Assembly (NCBI GenBank): GCA_020403455.1
Contig: JADBXP010000021.1
Location: 9,743 to 73,742, forward strand
Source of the DNA: Chitinophagaceae bacterium
GTDB taxonomy: Bacteria > Bacteroidota > Bacteroidia > Chitinophagales > Chitinophagaceae
Direction of reading: 5' to 3'
DNA length: 64,000 bases
In this document: piece after piece, positions 1 through 6,745 of the stretch
Layout: each line of letters starts with the position of its first letter
Numbering within the stretch: position 1 is the first letter of the stretch
The notes under the pieces: model-generated
What the model saw: only the letters and a program-made list of their open reading frames with translations
What the model was told of the DNA's origin: nothing
The model's database searches: none
Position numbers and translations under genes: made by a program

Positions 1-443
1 TCCATTTTCCCTGCAGGCTGAAGCATATAGATGAGGCGGCCCCTGTCGGATAGCTGAATCCAGGTATGGGGTAACCCTCTCGGTAGGAAGATGGTTTGTC
101 CGGCTCCGAGTAGATGTACCTGGTTATCTACAACAAATCTGTATTGCCCCTCAATGACGGTGAAGATTTCATCCTGCTTGAAATGTATGTGCATCATCGG
201 ACCCACTTTGCCTAATCCGATATATTCAAAAACAGACAAAGCTCCGTCTGTATCTTTCGAAGAAATCTTCAAGTCATTGGGGTGAACGCCCAGGAATTTT
301 ACTACATCACCGAATCTGGATTTACCGGCATCTACCACAAATGGGGTTGGGTGGGAATTCTTGGTAGATTGGGCAAGTAGTCGGGAAGATAATATGGCGG
401 GAGTTGCCAGCAATGAGGATAGGAGGAATTGTTTTCGTTGCAT
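1..443 (-). CDS. cupin domain protein, 3' end runs off the window
   Basis: Manual minus-strand translation from the ATG at 443-441 gives MQRKQFLLSSLLATPAILSSRLLAQ... (signal-like N-terminus). It continues ...MHIHFKQDEIFTVIEGQYRFVVDNQVHLLGAGQTIFLPRGLPHTW, a cupin beta-barrel motif pattern. Not in the ORF track because it is truncated by the window edge. Confidence 0.6.
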   Translation of the reverse strand, partial: MQRKQFLLSSLLATPAILSSRLLAQSTKNSHPTPFVVDAGKSRFGDVVKFLGVHPNDLKISSKDTDGALSVFEYIGLGKVGPMMHIHFKQDEIFTVIEGQYRFVVDNQVHLLGAGQTIFLPRGLPHTWIQLSDRGRLIYMLQPAGKM

Positions 444-680
444 AAAAAATAGTTTATGCAGTAAAGGTGCAATCAACCTGAGGTAGTCTAGTGGTAAAAA
501 AGCGACATAAATGATAAGAATGCCCAAAATAACAAAGACAGATATTTCAGCCCCGGTCCTTGCTGTTTCGTTGTTAGGGTTGACCGAAAACAGTAATCAA
601 ACACAGTATAAATATCATCACACATGATATATTTTATCAAAGTATTGATTAAATTACATGTAAAATCAACAATCAAATTC

Positions 681-1103
681 ATGATCCAGCTAAAAATTGT
701 TCGACCCAAAGAATGGGCCAACCGAAACTTCAACTATAAAATATTAGTAAATGGTAAAGAACAGGTAGAGATTGCCAACAATGAAGAAAAGCTTTTGAGC
801 GTAGAGCCTGACTCAACAATCCAGGCAAAACTAATGTGGTGCGGTTCAAAGCAGGTTAAACTAACCAATGCAGATAACAATATAAAGCAAATAAGTATTA
901 GTGGGAATAAGAATTTTAATACGATATTACCTATTGTATCACTAACAGTTTTGATGATAGCAGTTCTCGTCAATAATTTTTTCACGGATACAACTTCAAA
1001 ATTTATTTTGACCGGAATAATAATTGTAGTTATGATCTATGCAGTATGTTCAATTACTATTTGGAGGAATAATGTATTGGATATTCAGAAACTATCTGAA
1101 TAA
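681..1103 (+). CDS. hypothetical small membrane protein (soluble N-domain + 2 predicted TM helices)
   Basis: ORF 624..1103. I prefer the internal ATG at 681 (MIQLKIVRPKEW...). Hydrophobic stretches are ILPIVSLTVLMIAVLV and FILTGIIIVVMIYAVCSITI. Lies in AT-rich DNA. No family recognised. Confidence 0.4.
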   Translation: MIQLKIVRPKEWANRNFNYKILVNGKEQVEIANNEEKLLSVEPDSTIQAKLMWCGSKQVKLTNADNNIKQISISGNKNFNTILPIVSLTVLMIAVLVNNFFTDTTSKFILTGIIIVVMIYAVCSITIWRNNVLDIQKLSE

Positions 1104-1194
1104 TAAAATGAATATATCATAATTGAATTCATCTATTACAATTAAAATATATTTTTTCTGACTACTTATTTAATTTCTATTTAAATGGATAACT

Positions 1195-1935
1195 ATGGAA
1201 GTACATCATCATGGACATCATGGACACGATAAAAAAAAATTGAAAAATTACTTCTACGATTTTTTAATGTTATTTCTTGCTGTTTTCTGCGGATTCTTAG
1301 CAGAGTATCAATTAGAACACTTGATAGAGAACCAACGTGAGAAAAAACTCATTTCCTCTTTTGTTGAAGATATAAAAACAGATACCGCTTTAGTTTCAGT
1401 TTATGAAAAGCTAAATAATGAAAAAATCAAACAAATGGACTCATTAATTTGGTATTTGAACTCTCCCGATTACAATAAACATAGTCAAAGAATCTATTTT
1501 TTTGGACGTCAACTTACTCGCAGATATGCATTCTATTCTTCCGATGGAACAATCAAGCAACTAAAAAACTCCGGAGGATTTCGGCTGATAAAAAATAAAA
1601 ATGCCATTGATAGTATAAATTCATATGATCAGGCAATGCAAAGGATTTTATTAACCCAAGATGTTCAAACATCTGAATTAGAATACATCAAACCAATGAT
1701 AGGGAAATTGTTAAATGCCAATATTTTAGAAACAATGGTATTTAAAGATATTATAACTCCACCCCAGGGAAATCCACCACTTAGAAAAGTGAGTGAAGAT
1801 TTTATTCTTGATTTTATTTATTCCATCCATCAAATGAAAGGTAGCCTTGTTCTGAATACTAGTAGACTCAACCAATTAAAGGAAAAAGGGACTAAAATAA
1901 TTGTATCGATAAAAAATGAATATCACATAGAATAA
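1195..1935 (+). CDS. hypothetical membrane-anchored protein with His-rich N-terminus
   Basis: 246 aa ORF. N-terminus is MEVHHHGHHGHDKKK followed by one TM helix (FLMLFLAVFCGFLAEY); the rest looks helical and soluble. No family recognised. Confidence 0.45.
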   Translation: MEVHHHGHHGHDKKKLKNYFYDFLMLFLAVFCGFLAEYQLEHLIENQREKKLISSFVEDIKTDTALVSVYEKLNNEKIKQMDSLIWYLNSPDYNKHSQRIYFFGRQLTRRYAFYSSDGTIKQLKNSGGFRLIKNKNAIDSINSYDQAMQRILLTQDVQTSELEYIKPMIGKLLNANILETMVFKDIITPPQGNPPLRKVSEDFILDFIYSIHQMKGSLVLNTSRLNQLKEKGTKIIVSIKNEYHIE

Positions 1936-2042
1936 ACAGACTTACTTCTATTATAAGATTTAAGATTGGCACATTGAGGTTGTAAGCCCTTGACGATTAA
2001 ATATTAAATTTACTTCAAACAAATATTCAAATTCTAAATTAA

Positions 2043-2510
2043 ATGAATAATAACCAATCAATAAAAAGGCTTTTTTTTGTAGCGATAGTTGGTTTAATTA
2101 CTCTCTTAGTATTGAAGTATACTTTTAAAAGTAATATTACACTTATTGATTTCATTCCAATTGTAGTAGTACTTCTCATGTATGGTTATAAAGATTTGCA
2201 AACTTATATTAGATTATTAGGCACAATAAAAAAAGGGGTAGATACTATCAATAGAGGTTTAGCCTGGAATGTCAATTACCTAGTACTTGTAATAAATCCG
2301 AATAATAGAAACGAATTGATTGTTAAAAACGATCCACTTTGGGTAGAAATGAGTGAGAAAAAAACATATTCAAATGACAAATTAATATCACTATTGATTG
2401 CTGATTTTGACTTTCTATCAAAAAATAGGCTACTTAAAAATTATCTTAAAGATAAAACCGTATTATTCCAACTAGTATTGTCAGCTCCCCAAAAATTTGC
2501 TTCATTCTAA
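2043..2510 (+). CDS. hypothetical small membrane protein
   Basis: 155 aa ORF with two N-terminal hydrophobic helices (LFFVAIVGLITLLVL, FIPIVVVLLMYGY). Followed by a terminator hairpin. Its last ~20 nt and downstream region are repeated at 5138-5208. Confidence 0.4.
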   Translation: MNNNQSIKRLFFVAIVGLITLLVLKYTFKSNITLIDFIPIVVVLLMYGYKDLQTYIRLLGTIKKGVDTINRGLAWNVNYLVLVINPNNRNELIVKNDPLWVEMSEKKTYSNDKLISLLIADFDFLSKNRLLKNYLKDKTVLFQLVLSAPQKFASF

Positions 2511-2690
2511 AGTTTACATTTTTTATGTATAGTTATCAAATTACCCCCTAAAGCAAAATACCGACCCTCACAGATCGGCATTCTCTTTTGTAAAACTACT
2601 CGGATTAACCCCGCACTTCAGTGCAGGGTTATCATGTCGGGATGACTGCCACGAGTTCGAACTTTTGGGGGGATTGGGAGAGGGTGATAC
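2488..2690. repeat. repeat copy 1: terminator hairpin + extra hairpin + tRNA-Pro 3'-end remnant (degenerate pseudo-tRNA 3' half)
   Basis: 2488-2589 aligns with 5138-5241. ATGTCGGGATGAC (2634-2646) matches the last nucleotides of the tRNA-Pro at 5267-5279. TGCCACGAGTTCGAACTTTTGGGGGGATTGGGAG is shared with copy 2. It resembles the tRNA T-arm (AAGTTCAAATCTTG vs AAGTTCGAACTCGTG on the minus strand) but cannot fold as one. Confidence 0.75.
2557..2589. terminator. rho-independent-type bidirectional terminator hairpin (one stem mismatch)
   Basis: AATACCGA-CCCTCACAGA-TCGGCATT followed by CTCTTTT on the plus strand, with an A-run before it (a T-run on the minus strand). Confidence 0.55.
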
Positions 2691-2884
2691 ATTTTAATCA
2701 CATCTGCAAATAATCAAACGACTAAATTTTAAATTGGGACTATTGTAGTTCACCTATCTAGAAAAAACTTCACTTACAAAAATATTTTGTATATTTAATT
2801 AGCGCTAATTATCAAAATGAAACTTCATTATAATAAAGTCAAATTTTTCAACCCGTAAATTCATATTTATAATAATAACGATAA

Positions 2885-3703
2885 ATGGAAAAATTTCTAA
2901 TCCGCTCATTTAAAAGATTTCGTATTTCAGTTTTTCTACTATCACAATTGATAGGTATTTCAAATTTTCTGTGTGCCCAAAACGTAACAAATCAAAGTCA
3001 AATTATAAATGAAAAAGAGATCACTTCCAACTTTATAACTTGGTGGACTTACCATAAAAATAACATCAATTGGTTTTCGAATTTTATTCCTATGGATATT
3101 GATGCTAAAATGATTTCAAAGGATTCTTTCTTCGTTAAATTGATAACTGAAAATTACTATGTCATAAAATATGGAACAAGAAATGATTCAAATTTGTATC
3201 AGATTAGAAGAGGAGATACAACAATGGAAAAAGATATTTTTTCAACAATCAAAAGTGAGGCAGCAATAGAATATAGTTATTATAAGTGGGAGGGAAAATC
3301 ATTGCCTGAATTCAATTTCAAAGATTTGTCTGGTAACGTATTTGATTCCGAAAATACTAAAGGAAAAATAATAGTTCTTAACTGTTGGTATACTCATTGT
3401 AGTCCCTGTGTTGCTGAAATACCTGAACTAAATTCCCTCGTCAAATATTTTAAAAAGGATAAATCTATTATCTTTTTAGCACCAGCATTTGACGACAAAT
3501 CTATAATAGAAACTTTCTTACAAACACACAGTTTTAGCTATACTATAATACCCGAACAAAAAAATTACTTACAAAATGTTTTGAAAATTTACGGTTATCC
3601 AACTCATATCATCGTAGATAGACAAGGAAAGATAAAAAAAATTTCTACTTGCGATTTGAATACCTTGAGAGAAATGATTTTGAAAGAAAAAATGGGAGAA
3701 TAG
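2885..3703 (+). CDS. TlpA/ResA-like thiol:disulfide oxidoreductase (thioredoxin fold) with ~140 aa N-terminal extension
   Basis: 272 aa with a signal-like N-terminus. Active site is WYTHCSPCVAEIPEL (CxxC). Context FKDLSGNVFDSENTKGKIIVLNCW and YGYPTHIIVDRQGKI is typical of the AhpC/TSA-TlpA family. Confidence 0.75.
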   Translation: MEKFLIRSFKRFRISVFLLSQLIGISNFLCAQNVTNQSQIINEKEITSNFITWWTYHKNNINWFSNFIPMDIDAKMISKDSFFVKLITENYYVIKYGTRNDSNLYQIRRGDTTMEKDIFSTIKSEAAIEYSYYKWEGKSLPEFNFKDLSGNVFDSENTKGKIIVLNCWYTHCSPCVAEIPELNSLVKYFKKDKSIIFLAPAFDDKSIIETFLQTHSFSYTIIPEQKNYLQNVLKIYGYPTHIIVDRQGKIKKISTCDLNTLREMILKEKMGE

Positions 3704-3756
3704 TGACAGAAAATATTGTATTTTCCAAGTTTAAATTTCAAATTAATAAATTCAAA

Positions 3757-3875
3757 AGAGAATGCCGACCCTCACAGATCGGCATTTTCTTTTAAAAAGT
3801 GTTATTTTCTAAAATAACATGTCGGGATGACTGCCACGAGTTCGAACTTTTTGGCGGATTGGGAGGGGTTGAGAA
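3757..3875. repeat. repeat copy 2: terminator hairpin + palindromic spacer + tRNA-Pro 3'-end remnant
   Basis: 3761-3833 is near-identical to 5209-5279. This stretch covers the hairpin, AAAAAGTGTTATTTTCTAAAATAAC and ATGTCGGGATGAC. It then continues with the pseudo-T-arm shared with copy 1 (TGCCACGAGTTCGAACTTTTTGGCGGATTGGGAGG). Confidence 0.8.
3761..3795. terminator. bidirectional terminator hairpin
   Basis: AATGCCGA-CCCTCACAGA-TCGGCATT (8-bp stem, 10-nt loop) followed by TTCTTTT. Lies 58 nt after the stop of the TlpA-like gene. Confidence 0.65.
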
Positions 3876-4050
3876 ACTTCTAATAAGGCCTATAAATCTG
3901 TCGCCCAGGAATAATTTTTTTTATTTACTATTTTATAATTTAATCACTAAAGTTGATTAGCAATCCCAAATGATGAAGGGCCAAAGAAGAGAGCCCAAAT
4001 TATGCAAAGCCTATTGTTGTGTACAGGGCTTTCTAGAAGTCCGATTAACA

Positions 4051-4224
4051 TCAAGCATGAGTTACCTTTCGTTGTTTCTTAACTAAAGTTGATTTTACTT
4101 TGTTCTTCGTCACATTAGTTTTGTATTTGCGTATAAAATCACTAATTTCTTTGCGAGCTTTCTCTGTCAACGGGTCGCTTGCAATTACAAAGTCGACACC
4201 TTTTGGTTCTTTTATGTGCCCCAT
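4051..4224 (-). CDS. small basic hypothetical protein (57 aa), below the ORF-track cutoff
   Basis: Manual translation gives MGHIKEPKGVDFVIASDPLTEKARKEISDFIRKYKTNVTKNKVKSTLVKKQRKVTHA*. It starts 5 nt after the stop of the 175 aa gene on the same strand. The C-terminus is Lys/Arg-rich. Confidence 0.35.
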   Translation of the reverse strand: MGHIKEPKGVDFVIASDPLTEKARKEISDFIRKYKTNVTKNKVKSTLVKKQRKVTHA

Positions 4225-4229
4225 AATGA

Positions 4230-4757
4230 TTATGATTTAAAATATTTATCAATGAGTATTTGTGCTGAATGAGTTGGAATAATCATTCTGTGTCCACCCA
4301 ATGTATAAGCACCTAAAGTTTTTTGATAATGATCTATTAGTTTTGTTTTTGCTGTGAAACCCACAAAACCGTCAAAACCTTTTTGAAAAGAAACTTTGCA
4401 AGCATGCGCAACTAAATTTCCTGCAACACCTTCGTAAAGTTTAACTTGTCCAATGTTGAATGGTGCATTTTCGAGCAAGTGCATATAAATATGGTCAGGC
4501 TCGGAAGTCAGACTTAGCAAACCTTGAATGATATGAGGATTATTAGGAATTGTCAATTTGAAAACTTCTTTTGTATTGTCTGAAAGCTCTAATTTCCAAT
4601 CAAAATTCCAACCGTTCTTTTTAGTTACTTGTTTTAAGTCAGCCTTAGTCAAACGCAATACTTCTGTAGCAAAACTATCACCCGAAATTGTATTTTGGAT
4701 GGAATTAGTCAGCTTGTCTACAATAAAGTCAAGAAGTATGGGCTTATTTGTTTTCAC
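4230..4757 (-). CDS. hypothetical protein, possibly acetyltransferase-like fold (weak)
   Basis: 175 aa ORF with a GTG start. The C-terminal half (YEGVAGNLVAHACKVSFQKGFDGFVGFTAKTKLIDHYQKTLGAYTLGGHRMII) resembles the GNAT beta4-alpha3/alpha4 region. I cannot confirm this without an HMM search. Confidence 0.45.
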   Translation of the reverse strand: MKTNKPILLDFIVDKLTNSIQNTISGDSFATEVLRLTKADLKQVTKKNGWNFDWKLELSDNTKEVFKLTIPNNPHIIQGLLSLTSEPDHIYMHLLENAPFNIGQVKLYEGVAGNLVAHACKVSFQKGFDGFVGFTAKTKLIDHYQKTLGAYTLGGHRMIIPTHSAQILIDKYFKS

Positions 4758-4834
4758 AAGATAAATTTACGAAAAATCTATTGTTATTTCAATTAAACTT
4801 CAAGCTTGAAAGCAGTCGGAGCGCATTGCACAAA

Positions 4835-5115
4835 ATCGGGTCAGGCAAGGAAATTTCACCCCTTCCTTCCCACCTAACCGGACGTGAACCTCTCGATTCA
4901 TCCGGCTCTTCCTATTCTCAATCACTTGACTAAAGATAGTCATGTATGTAATAAACTCCAATGGGCAAATAAGGTAGGCTGTTGATAGCAACTTGCCAGC
5001 ATGTAACGGAGCGAGGCATACTTGAAAAGACCCTTTTCCCATTTCACCCATTTCAACAAACCATGGTTCTGCTGATACCCTACCGACCGCATACCCGCAT
5101 TGCAGAACTTGTGTT
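4835..5115 (-). mobile_element. group II intron relic: ORF-less and 5'-truncated, retaining domains (IV stub), V and VI
   Basis: Domain V lies at 4908->4875 and a domain VI helix with an unpaired A at 4841. The putative 3' end ...CCCGAU is at 4835. A small hairpin GACTATCTTTAGTC (4941->4928) occupies the position where the RT ORF would sit. The upstream limit is set by where homology to the intron-free repeat copy 1 begins (~5115-5138). Confidence 0.7.
4875..4908 (-). ncRNA. group II intron domain V (catalytic hairpin)
   Basis: Minus-strand RNA is GAGCCGGAUGAAUCGAGAGGUUCACGUCCGGUUA. It has the AGC triad, a lower helix AGCCGGA/UCCGGUU, a 2-nt bulge on the 3' strand, and an upper helix GAAUC/GGUUC capped by a GAGA (GNRA) tetraloop. 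Length is 34 nt. Confidence 0.8.
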
Positions 5116-5137
5116 AGAACTGAATTATTCTATAAAC

Positions 5138-5279
5138 TCAGCCAAAATCTGCCTCATTCTAAAGTTTATATTTTTCATGTAGAGTTTTCAAACTACTCCC
5201 TAATGCAAAATGCCGACCCTCACAGATCGGCATTCTCTTTTAAAAAGTGTTATTTTCTAAAATAACATGTCGGGATGAC
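5138..5279. repeat. repeat copy 3 (tRNA-proximal, the functional tRNA end plus its terminator)
   Basis: 5138-5241 aligns with 2488-2589 and 5209-5279 aligns with 3761-3833. Includes the palindrome GTTATTTTCTAAAATAAC (5249-5266), also present at 3801-3818. Confidence 0.8.
5209..5241. terminator. bidirectional terminator hairpin downstream of tRNA-Pro
   Basis: AATGCCGA (5209-5216), loop CCCTCACAGA, TCGGCATT (5227-5234), then CTCTTTT. On the minus strand the hairpin is followed by TTTT. Confidence 0.7.
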
Positions 5280-5343
5280 AAGATTTGAACTTGCGACCCC
5301 ACGCCCCCCAGACGTGTGCGCTACCGGGCTGCGCTACATCCCG
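5270..5343 (-). tRNA. tRNA-Pro (anticodon GGG)
   Basis: Manual cloverleaf on the minus strand. Acceptor CGGGATG/CATCCCG; D-arm GCGC-AGCCCGGTA-GCGC. Anticodon stem CACGT/GCGTG with loop CTGGGGG (anticodon GGG). Variable region GGGTC; T-arm GCAAG-TTCAAAT-CTTGT; discriminator A. 74 nt, no encoded CCA. Confidence 0.9.
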
Positions 5344-5462
5344 AAAACCCCGTAAAAGACAACTTTTTACCACTTAAACCAGCCATCATTTACTCAGAGG
5401 GCTGCAAATATACGATAAAAGAAAAAATCAGGTTATATTGCAGTAAATTTTATCGCCATTCC

Positions 5463-6734
5463 ATGCAACTAATCATCAGGCAAGCCCTCATTGCCAGTCC
5501 TGATAGCCCCGATCACGGTCAAATACGTGATATACTGGTGGAAGGTGACACCATCCAACAAGTAGCCCCTCACATCTCCACCCAAGCAGATCACGAAATC
5601 AAAGCCGATGGACTCACCATCAGTCCGGGATGGATCGACCCTTTCTGTCATTTCTGCGACCCAGGTCACGAACACAGAGAAACACTGGCATCAGGTGCCG
5701 CAACAGCCGCCGCCGGCGGTTTCACCCGCGTCTTCCTCCTGCCCAATACCCAACCCGTCGCCGATAACAAAGCCGCCATCGAATACACCCTCAGCAAAAG
5801 CAATACCCTCCCTACCCTACTGCACCCACTCGGTGCCATTACCAAAGGTTGCCAGGGAAAAGACCTCGCCGAGATGTATGATATGCACCACAGCGGTGCC
5901 ATCGCATTCACTGACGGACTCACAGCAGTACAACAACCCGGTCTCCTACTCAAAGCCCTGCAATATGTGAAAGCTTTCTCCGGCGTTGTCATCCAATTGC
6001 CCGTCGATAAAAGCATCGGTGCCCACGGTCTCATGAACGAAGGCATCATCTCCACCCGCATGGGACTTCCCGGTATCCCCGCCCTCGCAGAAGAAATCAT
6101 GGTGAAACGCGACCTCGACCTTCTGCGCTACACCCAATCACAACTGCACATCACCGGCATCACCACAGAGAAAAGCCTGAACCTGATCCGCGATGCAAAA
6201 CAAGAAGGATGGAAAGTCACCTGTAGCGTGACCCCCTTCCACCTACTTTTCTGTGACGAAGACCTGCAACAATACAATACCAACCTGAAAGTATTCCCCC
6301 CACTGCGCAACAGCTCCGACAGAGCCGCACTCCGTGAAGGCATACTCGATGGTACCATCGACTGCATCAGCACCCACCACCTTCCCCAACACAGCGACCA
6401 AAAACAATGTGAATTCGAATACGCTGCACCGGGCATGATCGGACTCCAAACCTGCTTTCCTATCCTGCAACATATTTTTCCGGAACTGCCCCTGGAAAGA
6501 CTGATTGCACTGCTGTCTACCAATAGCAGAAAACTTTTTCAACTTCCAGTCCCATCCTTCCAAGAAGGACAAACCGCTGAATTCACTCTCTTTAGCAGAC
6601 AAGGAACGACTACATTAACACCTTCTAACAACAAAAGTCTTTCATCCAACTCTCCCCTGTTCAATCAAACCCTGCCCGGAAAAGTGGTAGGTACCATGGT
6701 TCGGGGCAGCTTTCATCTCAATCAAACCGTATAA
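5463..6734 (+). CDS. dihydroorotase-like amidohydrolase with degenerate metal/catalytic motifs (possible non-catalytic PyrC'-type)
   Basis: The ORF track start (GTG 5316) overlaps the tRNA, so I chose ATG 5463 (MQLIIRQALI...). Overall class I DHOase-like layout. The N-terminal HxH motif reads DPFCHFCDPG, and the TDHAP-type motif reads STHHLP. Confidence 0.7.
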   Translation: MQLIIRQALIASPDSPDHGQIRDILVEGDTIQQVAPHISTQADHEIKADGLTISPGWIDPFCHFCDPGHEHRETLASGAATAAAGGFTRVFLLPNTQPVADNKAAIEYTLSKSNTLPTLLHPLGAITKGCQGKDLAEMYDMHHSGAIAFTDGLTAVQQPGLLLKALQYVKAFSGVVIQLPVDKSIGAHGLMNEGIISTRMGLPGIPALAEEIMVKRDLDLLRYTQSQLHITGITTEKSLNLIRDAKQEGWKVTCSVTPFHLLFCDEDLQQYNTNLKVFPPLRNSSDRAALREGILDGTIDCISTHHLPQHSDQKQCEFEYAAPGMIGLQTCFPILQHIFPELPLERLIALLSTNSRKLFQLPVPSFQEGQTAEFTLFSRQGTTTLTPSNNKSLSSNSPLFNQTLPGKVVGTMVRGSFHLNQTV

Positions 6735-6745
6735 AAACAAACATC

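Noticed and set aside
481-500. GGTAGTCTAGTGGTAAAA at the left edge of the AT-rich islet resembles a tRNA D-arm.
   Set aside because: The flanking sequence cannot form an acceptor stem or the other arms. Most likely chance.
2634-2690. Possible additional tRNA genes at 2634-2690 and 3821-3875 (they share the acceptor 3' strand and a GTTCGAAC T-loop-like core).
   Set aside because: No matching 5' acceptor strand, D-arm or anticodon arm exists. The T-stem cannot pair (AAAAG vs TCGTG). They are degenerate 3'-end remnants, not genes.
4800-5051. 83-aa minus-strand ORF (MGEMGKGSF...REVHVRLGGKEGVKFPCLTRF...).
   Set aside because: It is the conceptual translation of group II intron domains IV-VI. The HVR..GVKFP..TR-type peptide is what domain V/VI sequences translate to. 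Treated as RNA, not protein.
5316-5462. N-terminal 49-aa extension of the dihydroorotase-like ORF (GTG start at 5316).
   Set aside because: It overlaps the tRNA-Pro gene (5270-5343) on the opposite strand and has no protein-like features. The ATG at 5463 gives a normal DHOase-like N-terminus.
5608-6602. Several long ORFs (120-144 aa) antisense to or out of frame with the dihydroorotase-like gene. Similar shadow ORFs lie inside lepA (12825..13394, 13875..14294), SusC/SusD and the Pro-rich gene (61172..62627).
   Set aside because: These are typical shadow ORFs within longer, motif-supported genes. Their composition is low-complexity or biased, with no recognisable motifs.
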